This document shows positions 12,133 through 24,956 of a stretch of 64,000 nt of DNA, piece after piece. Origin of the DNA: Pseudovirgaria hyperparasitica (Eukaryota); assembly GCA_010093815.1 (NCBI GenBank), contig ML996579.1; one strand, written 5' to 3'. Below the pieces are notes generated by a model. It saw only the letters and a program-made list of their open reading frames with translations. It ran no database searches and was not told the DNA's origin. The position numbers and the translations under genes are program-made. Every line of letters begins with the position of its first letter. Position 1 is the first letter of the stretch.

Positions 12133-13572
12133 TTAGAAATTCTCCACTCTCGTTCCAATCCCCCGGTCATCCGCCAGTCTGACCAGCTCGCTCCCCACAA
12201 CCACATCCATCAAGCCCAGCCCAACACTCTTATACACCACATTCCCGCGATCCAACCACTCCTTCAGCCCCTTCTCCGTCTCATCCATCTCGCCCGTCGG
12301 CTCCTCATTCACATCCTTGAAGCGAATATGCTGACTCTTCAGCTCCACGCCCCCGCTGTCCAGACTACTCGTGCTACCATGCTTACTCCCCTGACTAGCC
12401 TCCCTGCGCCGCGCCACAGCGTCTCTCTTCAGCATGACAAGCTCGCCGATCTCGACAACCTCGTGCCCGCCCAGCCCAGCCTGGATGACCTCGCCGGCCT
12501 CCTTCAGGCAGGCCTCGACGCTGTCGACAATCACGGCGCCGCCGCTCTTGGCGTGCTTGTGGAAGTGGCGGTGGTGGTGTTCGGGCTCGACGGCTTGCTT
12601 GAGGATGTCGGGATGCAGCTCGATCATGTGCGGCTTGTAGCTGCCGACGGCGGCGATGTAGCGGCCCCTTTTGCGGCCCTCGGCGTGCGTCAGATAGCCG
12701 GGTGGGAACAGAGGGGTGGTGCTGGGCGTGGTGCAGAAGATGACGCTTGCGCCGCGGACGTACGTCTTCAGCAGGCGCGAGTACTCGGTGTGGGTCGGGG
12801 TGAGGATGCTGAATTTGGGGTGTGCGAGCGGGGTGTCTTGTTGGTTGTGGCTTGTGATTTCGGGGAAGGAGGCTGGCTCGTGGCCGGGGCGGTAGAGGCG
12901 CTCGATGAGGGCGTGGGCGCGCTCAAAGGAGCGGTTTATGATGTTGACGTGGTGGATGTCGGGTCCGCGCAGGAGGAGGGCGAGGCGGATGTGCCAGTAG
13001 GCTTGTTTGCCGGCGCCGAAGACGGTGATGTCGTGTACGTTGTGGCGCTTCTTGAAGAGCATCGTGGAGGCCAGGGCAGTGCGGAAGGCAGTGAGTTCTT
13101 CGGCGTTGAGAAGGGCGCGTGGGAAGCCGGCGCGGTCCATGAGCGTCAGCGAGCCCCGAGGGGTGGTGGACTGTGTGCTTGATATCGATGTCGGTGGTGT
13201 GAAGGAGGAAGAAGAATTTGATGTTTGGATCGAGGTCGTGGAGCTGCGGTCAGTGATGCTGAGGGAGGAGAGGGACGGCGAACTGTCGGATTTAGGGGCA
13301 CACTGGGCAGTCTCTTCGAGGCTGACGATCTTGACGCCGAGATTGTCATTGCTGGAGGCGGGCATGAAGAGTGTTGTGAAACCGTTTTTACGTGACAGGA
13401 CGGTGCGCATGGGTTGCATTGACGCGCAGCAGCCGTTTGATTCTTCGTCGGTGGTAGTCGAGTAGTAGTGTAGAGCGTCTGCGAGCGATTGTTGGAGCTC
13501 CTGGACATCTTCACGAGTCAAGGAGATGAGTACTTTGCGTACATCATCGTCTGTGAGTACGGTGAGAGGCAT
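12133..13572 (-). CDS. prnX: Ornithine cyclodeaminase/mu-crystallin family protein, PrnX-like
   Basis: TLFMP, GVKIVS, LTAFRTA, Rossmann FGAGKQA, IAAVGSY, EAGE and YKSVGLG motifs; 479 aa, no intron. Confidence 0.8.
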   Translation of the reverse strand: MPLTVLTDDDVRKVLISLTREDVQELQQSLADALHYYSTTTDEESNGCCASMQPMRTVLSRKNGFTTLFMPASSNDNLGVKIVSLEETAQCAPKSDSSPSLSSLSITDRSSTTSIQTSNSSSSFTPPTSISSTQSTTPRGSLTLMDRAGFPRALLNAEELTAFRTALASTMLFKKRHNVHDITVFGAGKQAYWHIRLALLLRGPDIHHVNIINRSFERAHALIERLYRPGHEPASFPEITSHNQQDTPLAHPKFSILTPTHTEYSRLLKTYVRGASVIFCTTPSTTPLFPPGYLTHAEGRKRGRYIAAVGSYKPHMIELHPDILKQAVEPEHHHRHFHKHAKSGGAVIVDSVEACLKEAGEVIQAGLGGHEVVEIGELVMLKRDAVARRREASQGSKHGSTSSLDSGGVELKSQHIRFKDVNEEPTGEMDETEKGLKEWLDRGNVVYKSVGLGLMDVVVGSELVRLADDRGIGTRVENF

Positions 13573-14260
13573 CGTGTGCGGTGTAATAGCCTCCTCTGTA
13601 GTCGTTGTATACTGGGAATTAGTGTTGCCAGCTCACACAGGCTTTGACGGACAGCGACGGGACGAATGATGTATATGAAGAAAGAAGAAATAGGTATAGA
13701 ATAGATAATCAAGGTGTTAGTAGTAGATGCATTGCGCTCCATCTACAACGACACGGACTTAGGTGGGAAGTTGTTCGGTGATAGAAGTGAATAACTCCCT
13801 CAACCCCACATGCGTCGAGGGGCACAACAGCTCGGCCGCGACCTATGACATAATTCAACCTGCAGGGACCTAAACCATGCGGCCTGCTTATGTAGCACTG
13901 CTAAAGAGCTTGGCGATACTGGTTGCTTTCCAACATTTAGAAAGGAAAAACTTACCCAAAGAGCAAAGGTTGTTGGGGGCCAGGTGCACCGGGCCAATCA
14001 CTGAGAGGCACAGCTGCAGAAGCTTAAGGTGTATTCTGTCACCACTCATATGCTTTACGGACGGACGTCAGAAGTAGAGTTCATCGGCAGACACGTTAAC
14101 TTTTCTTGTTCATCCGCAGCAAGTACTGACTGCACGGGGTGGGGGTGGTTTGAAACAGCTCAATGTATATTCCAACATCGAGCATCCATTTCCATTCGAA
14201 CGCCCGCTAATATGCACATGAAGAGCCCTACGTCCGTCCAGACCCGACTTAGATACCCGT

Positions 14261-15384
14261 TTAGATCTTGATGGCCGACTCAAGCGCCTTGCGCTTCTTT
14301 TCCGTTCGTGCGTTGGCCTTGGCACCCATGATACCACCTCCCCAGTGGCGACGGGCCTCCTCGTGCTTGTCTGTGTAGCCCTCCTTGATGGCAGATACGA
14401 GCTTCGACAGCTCGGTCTTGTCCTCTGAGCGCACTTCGGTGAGAGCGACAACGGCAGCGGTCTATCTAGTATGAGCAAGATCACGTATCAATAACACTTC
14501 CAAACATACCTTCTTGTGGACGACCGTTCCGAGGCGGGCCTTGCCCTTGATGACGGCGTATGGGACACCCATCTTGCGGCAGAGGGCGGGAAGGAAGATG
14601 ACGAGCTCGATGGGGTCAACATCGTTGGGAATAAGGACCAAGCTGGCCTTCTTGTTCTCAATGAGACCGACGACGTGGTTCAAACCGTACTTGACAGCGT
14701 ATGGCTTCTTGCTGACGTCCTCCTTCTTCTTGCCGTCGGCGATGGCGGTGGCCTCCTTGGTAAGACGCTCCTTCTTCTCGGCCTTGGTCTCAGGGCGGTA
14801 CTTGTTGAGGAGCTTGAGGGCTTGTGCGGCAGTGTTGCGGTCGAGAACGTGTTGAAACTGGGCAATCGCTGGGGGGACCTTCAGGCGAAGGTTGAGAATC
14901 TTCTTTTGGCGCTGGAGGCGGACGTATTGTGGCCACTTTACCATGCGCGACAAGTTGCGCTTGGGCTGGAGCTCCTGACCGATACCGAAGTTCTTGGGGC
15001 GTCTCTCGAGGAGAGGGTTCTAGTTGGCGTCAACACATGCTTCGTGTATAGAGGATGGATATAGATATTCACGTACCTTGGCGGCTTTCTTCTGACCAGC
15101 CCTTCCCTGGGGGAAGGGAGCTGGGGCGGCTTTCTTTCCTTTAGGAGGCTATCATTGAGAAAAGAACGTCAGCGAACTTGTCCACTGATTGTTCTAAGTC
15201 TCTAAAGAGTAACGAACACCATTGCTGGCGTCGACTCAAGCCATTTCAACATCGACACCAAATGAATGGGTGATGGACTTGCGCCAGAGCATGCGACGTC
15301 GCTCAGTGTTACCTGGAGCTTAGTCGCAGAGGCATATGGACAACAAGTAGAAACTCAATTGCATTGTGATGATATGCTTACCAT
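14261..15384 (-). CDS. RPL8: 60S ribosomal protein L8 (eL8/L7a), 4 exons
   Basis: [45 protein letters not shown]. Exon 1 is the ATG alone (15384-15382), intron 1 is 15149-15381, and the CDS ends ...SAIKI*. Confidence 0.97.
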
Positions 15385-15481
15385 TTTGTCTGGGCCGGAA
15401 GTTGTCGACTGGGTGTTGGTTATCGTGGGGATGAAGCTCGGTGGTGAGGATTTTCAATGTGTGTCTCGCTTAGTTTTTGCA

Positions 15482-15489
15482 GTCACGTG
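15482..15489. promoter_or_regulatory. GTCACGTG (Cbf1/CDEI-like bHLH element) upstream of RPL8
   Basis: cagtcacgtga about 100 bp upstream of the ATG. Confidence 0.5.
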
Positions 15490-17148
15490 AAGAGCTCGGA
15501 CCTTCTGCGCGAGCCCGCGAGTATTATGGCCTGAGGCATTACTTAGACCCAACATTGAGAAACTCAGGCTTCACTCGTGCCAAGCTATCTCTTTTCCATC
15601 CGCGATTGACGTTGCACAGCATCACTTGCGGATGTTGACAACAAGCCTTGAAATATTCGGTCGATGCGATCAGGGTGGTGATGGGAAGGCGCTCTCACTC
15701 GCCCATTTGCTTCTCAAGATACTATCTCACTGAACCGAGACGACAGCTAGACCGTAGAAATCAGTCCCAATCTATTTCTAGCCCTTTCCGGAGTTCAAAC
15801 GAATGGCCCATCACACTCGGAAGCCCACATGGAAAAACAAGAACAGCCTGAGCCATCGAGACAAAGCAAGGTGACACAACATCTGAGCGACAGCCACACA
15901 TTCAAGCTAAAGCCCAACATTGTGTATCTGTAAGGCGTCCAGAACTTGCCTAATACAGCGATCAAGTCAATGTTTCTGCAAGAGCCAGGATGCGTGGGTG
16001 AGACAGGGACATTCCCAAAGCTGCCGTGTTTGCCGCGTATCTGTCTCGGGGGGTTTTTCTTTAGAAGAGGCAGGTAACTTACCATTGGTCTAGATATGAC
16101 TAGTCCTATGTGTGCTTCTTCGTCGGCACACGCGAAGGCATGGTCAGATAGTGCTAATATACCACCACTAAGAAGGATGGATAGCTCCGTCCCTACGCAT
16201 AGCATCGTTAAAGTGCGTATCTGGCCACAAGGACCATAGTATCTCGATCAAGGTATCACAAGTGCCCTCCAAGCAAACAGGACGTATCTTCAACTATCCG
16301 CATGTCACACACAAAGCCACGCCAATCTCGGCCCTGCAGCATGAATCGAGATATCCAACCATGCACCAAGTCCCGCACGATACACTGCGCTGAATATACA
16401 CACTACGCACCAACCCCCAGTACTCACCCCCAAAATCACATAACCCACCAAACCACCAAACTCCCAACCCCTCCCCTACTCATCCCCCCGCCGAACAACC
16501 CACACCTCGACACCACTTCAACAACCCCAGGGCATAACATAGCAAGCTCCAAGCAACAACATATACCATCACAGCTGTCTCCCTTGATATCTGCGGACCG
16601 GAATAGAAGGCTAGACACCATGCTATCCCCTGGAACGGGGATTTCGTGTGCCGACGTTAGTGGATGTGCTAGGTTTCTGTTGCTATGTCTAGTGTCGGGG
16701 TGATTTGGATGGACAGTTGGATGGTCGTTTTTGCTGAGTGGCTGGGTGGGTGAGTGTATGGACTTGGGTCTGTGTGGTGTCTTTGGGGGGTGTTTGTGTT
16801 TGTGTTTGTGCTCGGCGCGTGGAATCTATGAGTAGTATCAGCCTCGCTGTTTCATGAGCGCGGAGTAGTAAATTTAATATCGCTTGTCACGCTGATATTG
16901 TACGAAAAGAAAGGTATCAGTGTGTATGTTCAGCAATATCAAACATAAATTCGTAACATCATAATAGCGATCCCTGTACTCACATCCCATTCCGCAAGGA
17001 AAAAAACACACAGGCCATCTATCCCAGCCATATCCGACAAGGCCGTCTCGGGTATCCACCACTCTCGCCTTGCACCCCCCAACAACGAAAAAATGTATAG
17101 GACCCCTTCCAGATAAAATGACTCCAAAACTCGAACCTCACGCTAAGT

Positions 17149-19250
17149 CTAGACATCAAGCTTGTCCAGCGCCGCCTGCTCGATATGAATCACCGTCTCG
17201 CTCTTCTCTCTCACCTCGGGCTCGCCCACAAGCGCATCCGCCACGGAATCAAACACCACGTCCGCACCCTCCGGCACGCCCACCACAAGCACGTCGCGCA
17301 CATCGACGAGCCGCCACCTCGCCCGCTCAAACTTCCTGCGCAGACTCGCGCCCATGTTCGCGAAGCGCACGCGCACGTCCTTGCCGCCGTACTTGCGCAG
17401 CTCGGCCTTGAACTCGCCGAGGGCCAGCACGCCAGTCGTGTCGACGTACGAGACAGCGGCCATGTCCAGCACGACGAGGCGGATGGGCGGCGGGTCAGCC
17501 GAGACGGCTGCTTTGGCGCGGAGTTTGCGGATTTTGCGCTCGCCGCTGACGCTCCAGTTGCGGTTTTCTAGGGATGCGCGGATGACGTCTGCGTCGCCGG
17601 CGTTGTATGTTTGGACGGTGTCGAGCGTGATGTCTTTGATGCGGTAGGCGTTGGGGAAGAGGATGGCTTGGGAGAAGCGGAAGATGCGGGTGTCGGGCTC
17701 GACGGTGATGTCTTCGGGGCCGGCGGGTGGACTGCGGGTCATGATGAGCTTGCTTGGGGACTGGTGCTTGACGGAGGCGAAGGCGTTGCGGAGGAGGGTG
17801 TAGACGATGGAGAAGCATACGGCGGAGGCGATGCCATACTCGGTGTTGACGAAGAGGGTTACCCAGAAGGCGAGCATGCTGGCAATGAAGTCTGCGAGTG
17901 AGGTTTGCCAGATGAAGTAGAAGGCGGATGCAGGGCCAATGAGAGCCCAGACTGCGGTGATGATGATTGCGGCGAGGGTGGCTTTTGGGATCCAGTACAG
18001 TGCTCCGGTGAGCTTGAAGATGCTGAGCAGGACGAATCCAGATGCAATCAAGTGGCTCATTGGCGAGCGTACTCCAGACTCAGAATTGACAGCGGTACGC
18101 GACATGGCGCCGCCGACACTCATCACAGGCCAAAAGCTGTTGACAAAGTTGGTGAGTCCGAGATAGACAAGCTCCTGAGATTGGTCAATCACGTAGTTGT
18201 TCTTGCGACCAAAGCCTTTGGCAATGGCCAAGTGCTCGAGGGCTCCTGCGAAGAAAGGAGTAACAGCAAGTGGAGCTGCTTTGGCAATCAAGTTAGCATC
18301 GACCATTCTTGGCTTGGCGATTCCATCGGCTTTGACCTGCGAAAGGGCCCAGAGGGGGTCCTCGCGGTCCTTGTTGACTCCGTAACTGATACCAGTGAAC
18401 AGTATGAGGACAATCGCGGCACGAGCGAGTGCAATGTACCAGACGATCTTGCTCTTTTTGCCCCACCTCCTGCCAATCCACTGAAGGCCGACGAGCATGA
18501 TGATACCGGAAAAACCGATGGCGACAGTCGGTCCGTCAGAATCTCCAAGCTGGGAGAAGACGTCGTGGATGATCTTGGCCGTACCAGTCCGGGTCTTCAG
18601 ACCGAAGATAGAGCCGACTTGGCCCAGCATGATAACGATGGCGGTGGCAGAGATGAATCCAGTCAGGACAGGAACTGAAATGAAGTTGAGAAGAAAGCCG
18701 AGCTTCAGAAGACCCATACCCAGGGCGTAGATGCCCACCATCATAGCAACGGCAGACGATATTTGCTCAGGAGAATAGCCGTCTTCGGACAGTTTGCGAA
18801 CAGCTTCTGCAGTCAGAAGCCCAAGCAAGGATGTTGGTCCAGTTGATAAGTCTTTCGATGTTCCCATGAAGAAGTATAGTATTCCTGGTAGCCAGCTGGA
18901 CATGAGGCCGTATTGGCCATCGATCGTTGCAATCTAGCATACTTGTCAGTTCAGCGACTTTTAAACAGATTGTTATGCACAACCTTTGCGTACGCAAGAG
19001 ATTGAGGGATCAGCATGATGCCAACGGTCAGACCAGCGATGAAATCGTTGATGACCCATTGCGGCCTGTAACGTGGAAGCCACTGAATGACAGGAAGCTT
19101 TTCGTAGAGATATTCTCCAGCAACAGATGGGGCAGAGCGGAACCCGGTATTGGCATATCGCCTCGCCTTATCGAGGGTCTCATCATTCCTTAATTCTTTC
19201 TTGATTTCGTCTGTCTTCTTGCGGAGTGTCTCTTTGTTAAATCGAGCCAT
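17149..19250 (-). CDS. SulP/SLC26 sulfate permease with C-terminal STAS domain (2 exons)
   Basis: DFIAGLTVGIMLIPQSLAYAK, GTSKDLSTGP, SRTAVNSESG, STAS VLDMAAVSYVDTTG; intron at about 18935-18982. Confidence 0.93.
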
Positions 19251-21850
19251 CGTGAACAAAGGCTGCGAAGTAGCAAAGGGGCAACAATGACGAGAAGCGA
19301 AGTAAGCAGGGGCTATCCGGTCACGGTGTGGGCATCGTATGAGGCCTTATATCAAACAGCATACTGACAAAGCCAGCCGTTACCCCTCTTGGATTTTAGC
19401 TAGAGGCGTACAAGGTGCTGACGCTCGACTAAAGCACTGCAATAATACTACTAGACGACCATCTGGAATGGAACCAGCATTCCAAGCGGGCGAATGAGGC
19501 TGTAGTTCATGGCGGCTGTGTCCGCACGAGGCAAACGGTCCGCTGATGGTGGTGGTAGGACGCGGTGCGCTATAGACATAGTGATATCCATGATAGTAAT
19601 AGAATATGCGGTCGGGATAGGTCAAAGGTGGATGTGTGTGATGAACAGCCCCCTGGCTCCCGATTCGAGCTGTTAGAGTGAAAGACTAACGAAAGCCCGA
19701 CGGTTATTGCGCATGCGTCGCCACTAGAACCATAATTGGATAGGGCCCGTGAATGCAACTATAGAAAGGTAGAAATGAATGGTTGTTTACCTGCTGCTGA
19801 GGCACACCCTGACCGTAGCTGGCAAGGGTATTTGTCGACTCCACAGCGATCAGGGCCCCCAAGAGTAATCTTGGAGGCGTTAAGCTTTCTTGGATTGGGT
19901 TAAGCCGTCTCCAAGATGTGCCGTCGGCTGGGCGCCTGAATCAAAACTAGTAGGCGACCTGAATCTTATGTGTGTTCTGGTACTAGCCGTGTGGGCCTTG
20001 ATCAATTTGCTGGTTATAGTCGGCCCTGGTGCATCTGTCCGCGTCCAAATTGTCCCTATGTTTTGATCCGGCTATAGATGGAAAGTCGACTGTGGCGTGG
20101 TATATAGTAAGATCTCTCGCCGGTGGATGATCATGATGATGATAGAAGAGGGGGAGGGGGGAGGTGGAGGGTCGGAAGTAGAGCGGGGTTACTGAGCTGA
20201 CCTGAGCTGAGCCTGCGAGAACAACCTCACATCCTATCTCACTCACCTTCATTCCGCAGATCTATATCATATATCCGTGCCCGAGACGCCTTGCATATTT
20301 CAGGCGAGACGTTCAATCTTCACCAAACAGCATGGCTGCCAATCCATACTGCTTCTCGTAATAAAACATTGGAGTTAGAAGGTATTGAATGGAAACACAG
20401 TCTAGTGTCAGGCCAGCTTGTTTCGCCCCTGCCCATGTCATTTTCGTTTTCTTGCGGTTTGGCGTGCGGGGACGGCAGACTCCATCCCCAGCGGACGGAT
20501 GTTTAGTTGATATTCACTGTTGTGGAGAGACAGGGACTTGCTCGAGTAGTGGCTCTCCTCTATCACCAGTAGGCCCCTACCGACGGAAAGCTCTGGGGCA
20601 ATGCATTATAGAGCAAAAACCAGTGGCGATGGCGGCGCTCTCGGTCCAGACCAGTAACAAATGCATGCCATTGCGACTCCGAGGCATTTCCTCGTCGGTG
20701 AGAAACCGTTGATTCGAGGAGGAGATGATCTCTTCGGTGGCAGATTTCTATATTAAGAACTTCCAGAAACGACAACGACGATAAGAGCGCAGAAGCGCCA
20801 TGTCTGCCCATGTGCTTTGAACTGGAATGTGACATGTTGCAGGACATTCTGACTAGCTGTCTTTGGGACATGCTAATAGCTGAGAAGATCGGAATCCGGC
20901 AATTCCCTAGTGATTACTTTACTGCGTGTGTGTGTGCGTGCTTGCGTGTCCTCTGGATCCATGGATCGGCAGCTTACTCCTACTACCAGCGTGGACGCCC
21001 AGGTAGATGTCGTGAAAGTGTGAGTGAGTAGAGCACCAACGCCTCTAGTATTACTTGCTTGATCGAATGATGTACCTATCTCGGACACCAGCTCGCCTTG
21101 GCTTGTATATACCAGTGTCGACTGAACCGGGGACACGGAGCGCCACCCGAGCAACCTCTAAAGCTCCTACTGCAGGGAAGCATATAAGCGTAGAAGCAAG
21201 CAGTCAGTGGACGGATAAGTCGGCTGCTAGAAGACATGGTCAACAAGTGGGAGACCAATGATTGGAGACTTAGTTGCTAGCTGACGAGGCATGATGCTAT
21301 CGGCGTTGTCAAACACAGGCACAATTCGATGTATGCCGAGACGACCGTGCAAGCCTCATAAGCAAAAAGACGCGATGACTGATCAGTTGTTATGCCGTGG
21401 CTTTCTGCACGCCCTCGTTGTGATGCCATTGTGGAATCGCAAATCCATCCATTAATTAGTGTCGCACCACTCACTCGGAACCAGCATCGCTTACTCAGCT
21501 ACAAACACACTGCCAGGTGGAAGTCCATGTCCAGGAGAAAAAGTGTTTACGCCGCGGGTGGCATGGTTGCCATCATGAATATCTCGTATCTACGAGCTAA
21601 CATACGCCTGTATCATGATCCAGAAGAAAGCCAACGAACCCCAAAGGCACCCAAGTATTTACAGAAAGTCAACGACCGCGTAAAAGGCTCAAATCCGCCT
21701 TGACCGACTGCAGTATGTCGAATGCCAACTCCAAACTCATGCGAGTTATTCAGATGCCATGCAATATGTTTCCATGCTAATCTCAAGTGAATGTCCTGCC
21801 AACGCGCTAAATTTCGCAAAAAACACTGCTTCACACCACCTATCAGATTC

Positions 21851-24800
21851 TCATACTCTCCGCGCCCTGCGCCTCGCTGGAGTGGCACTTGTTGGCTTCT
21901 CCTCACTGGCTGCCTTATCTGCTGCTGACCCGGGCAGGATAACCTTCTTCGGCGCTGCCAACCTGCTTTTGGTTTGCTTTGGTTTTGCAAGTACAGCAGA
22001 CTTCGTTGCGTCAGCCATCGTAGCTATGACCTGAGTCACAGGTGTAGAGGCTGGGGTCTTTGGACTCGTAGTTGTAGCTTCTGCGCTGGACTTCGTCGTG
22101 CGCTTGGATTTTGTGGGCTTTGTCAATCGCTGTTCCTCCTTGCTCACCCTAGCTTGCGACTGCGCCTGCTGTTCTTGAACGGCATCTGGCAAGAAGGATG
22201 ATACTGTCGTAAGCAGACCTTTGCCCGGCGTACCATTCGATGCACCCAGACCACGTATCCTTCGGACCTTAGGAGTAGATGATGCTTCCGAATCCCTCGA
22301 TTTACGCTTCCTCGAGTCGCCCGCCGTGCCCGACCCCTGCTCTACAGCCTCTGCAGCCTTCTCGGCAGCTACAAGCGTAGGAACAGGAAGCGCTGCCGTG
22401 AGTTGCACCGATTTCCCTTCCGAGTCCTGAAAGTACGCGAGCTGCTCGTCCCAGCGTATATGTCGACCAGGCAGATTCCGGGTCGTTTCATCATCAGAGC
22501 TGTGGTATGGCGAATCCAGTGCGGTCTCAGTCTCAAGTTTCTTGAGCCGTGAAAATGCATTCAATGCCGATCCTTTGTTGCGCCGTGTATTATTCCTAGT
22601 CAGTAGAGCCAGCTCCTGAGCTTCCGTTTTTTTTGAAGCGACCACAGGTTCCTGGGAAGATGTCCTTATTGAGATACGATTAGGTGTAGGAAGAGTTGAA
22701 GGCGGTGGTATGCGAGAGCTGCGGGTCCGGACGCTGCGGCGTGTCGACGGGATAGTTGCGTCGTCGAGCTTCATTGTGTCATCGAGTCTCATGGTGTCGT
22801 CCTCCATATCGTCTACATCTTGAGCCAGAAGATCCTTGGCCGAGCGCGAAGATGGCATGTCTTTGACCAGCTTTTTGCGAGGCGAGGGAGAATTAGGGTC
22901 TTTATCTTCTAGAGCTTTTCGAGGGGATGCAAGAGCTTGCTTGATCGCATCTGAGTCGCGACGATTGGAGAGGGATTCGCGTTTGTGTATGATATTAGAC
23001 CGGTTGGCTTTGCTTGCTGCTGCTCGACTGAGAAAATCCTTCAGAATTGCGGTATCAGCATCTAAATCGGTGGTGATGTCGTCGGGAAGTTGTTCCAGTC
23101 GCGAAATCACAGTTTCTTCTGCTTTTCTCGGAGATCTCCTGGGGGTGCTCTGAAAAGCTAAGTTCAAATCCAAGTCCAATGTCAGTCCATCCGCAATAGA
23201 TGCAGCATCAGTACTGCTGGCGATTTCTTCATCTGCTGTCACCGTGTCGTTTGTAGCATCTACACATTCACTGTCTGCACATTGGCTGTCTAATGTGAGC
23301 TCGTCAGTTTCGTCCAAAGTCGATACGCTGGCAGCCTCTCCTTCAATGATATATGGCTTGCACACCACGGCGCCGTTCTGTTTCGGAGTGCTGATAGCAG
23401 CCTCTGTCTGGGCAAACATCTCTTCTGCGAGCTGGTCTTTGTTCTCAAACACCGCTTTAGCATCTTCTGAAGTCGCACAGGCCTCTCCGCCAAACGTAAT
23501 TTGGAGAGTGGCCGTCGAATCGGCAGGCGCATCATCTGTGGCGGTTCGGTCTATGATGGTAGACTCGCTTTCTTCTATTTCTTCACTAAGTTCAATTGCG
23601 TTTTCTGTTGCAACTTCTTGAACAAGTTCCACTTCTACCTCATTTGCTAGGGTGTCATCCACTTGGGATATACTATGTTCTAAGACGGACGTAGCAACTG
23701 GCTCTGGCTTTGGACTCTCATCCATGACGGTTGAAGCGTCTCTTTCGAGGAGTGATAGACCTAGACGAGATTCTTCGTTTTGTTGTTCATCCTTCTGAGG
23801 TGGTTCGATGATGCGTTCGACATATTCAACATCTTGCGGGCCATCGATCGGAAGAGTGGTTTCGATAGTTTCATCTTTTACTGTCAGATCAGTGGTGCGA
23901 GACCTGTCAGAGCCAAGGATAGAATGTGCTTGGTCATCGGAGCATTCTATGATGTTAACTTGTGCTAAGGAGTTGTCGTCTTCTGTCTCGTCTTCATAGA
24001 TTGTGCTGAGGCCCTCTACGGGTTCGTCAATGAACATTTCCTGCTCTGAATACGTATGTTGCTCCGAGAGTCGGTCGGGGGCTTGCTCATTGGTCTCGTC
24101 GTATTCTTCGTTAGCATCATGTTCTGACGCTTCGACTTCAGGTTCCACATCATCCAACGAGACGAACGATGCTTCAGCAGACGGATCTTGAATAGTGTAT
24201 CCTTGTGGGCTGACAGAACGTTCCTCGTTAAGAATTGTTTGTGACTGTATTGGAGACGTAGTTACTGGGTCTGAACACGGTTCGCCATCTTCGACTTCAT
24301 CTCCGTCGCCGTAGGCTTCGAGGGTTTTCGCGACGGGACTCGTAGGTCGCGTGCTCTGCTCTGGAGGTTCGCTATCTTCGACTTCATCTCCGTCTCTGTA
24401 GGCTTCGAGGGTTTTCGCGACGGGACTCGTAGGTCGCGTGCTTTGCTCTGGAGGAGGTATATCATGTTCTTGAAGATCTAGTCTCGGTATGACTGTGCTA
24501 GTTCTTCGCCGAGCTATACGTCGTTTTCCTTTCTGGAAGTTAGCTCTTAGTGCACAACGCGTTCAGGAAGAAGGTAAGCATACTCGGCGACGCGCCTTTC
24601 CTCTCTGTTCGGGTTGCGACCGCAGCGCCCCTCTTGCGCTTGTTATCGAACTGATCAACATCTTCTTTAGCTTCAGCAATTCCTCCCCCCTCAAGGCATT
24701 GCTTTTTCACCACGCGGACCGTTCCAAGCTCGAGTCTGTCTCCAGCCTTTGGTTCAGCAATCTGGTGCCGCCTCCATACTTTTTTTCGCCCTTGCCCCTT

Positions 24801-24956
24801 CTTGAACGGGCTTTGTGGTGTTCTTTCCCATGCTTTGCGTACTTTTGGAATAGGTAGCGTGTTGGGATCGAGGAAATCTGCGGCTGCTGAGGTCTCGAGC
24901 CATTGTTTGTCGAGCATGTCGGCGGAGGCGCGCGTACGTGGCGGCGTATGTGGCAT
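21851..24956 (-). CDS. Large acidic, mostly disordered hypothetical protein (~1000 aa, 2 exons)
   Basis: The 24540-24956 ORF joins the 21851-24157 frame through an intron at about 24529-24583, giving SPRKR. Conserved-looking islands: ILKDFLSRAAASK, LLTRNNTRRNKG, RHIRWDEQL. Confidence 0.8.
24279..24454 (-). repeat. 87-bp (29-aa) near-perfect coding tandem duplication
   Basis: Two copies encoding PPEQSTRPTSPVAKTLEAY(R/G)DGDEVED(S/G)E, with few substitutions. Confidence 0.95.

Noticed and set aside
11962..13182. Long antisense ORFs (406 aa here; also 312-1310, 17905-18678, 46757-47416)
   Set aside because: They are shadows of GC3-biased genes on the opposite strand.
19260..21850. Long intergenic regions (also 27600-30190 and 50700-53300) as telomerase RNA, transposon relics or RIP-mutated repeats
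   Set aside because: I saw no TAACCCTAA template, terminal repeats, transposase fragments or strong TpA enrichment; they are more simply long promoters.
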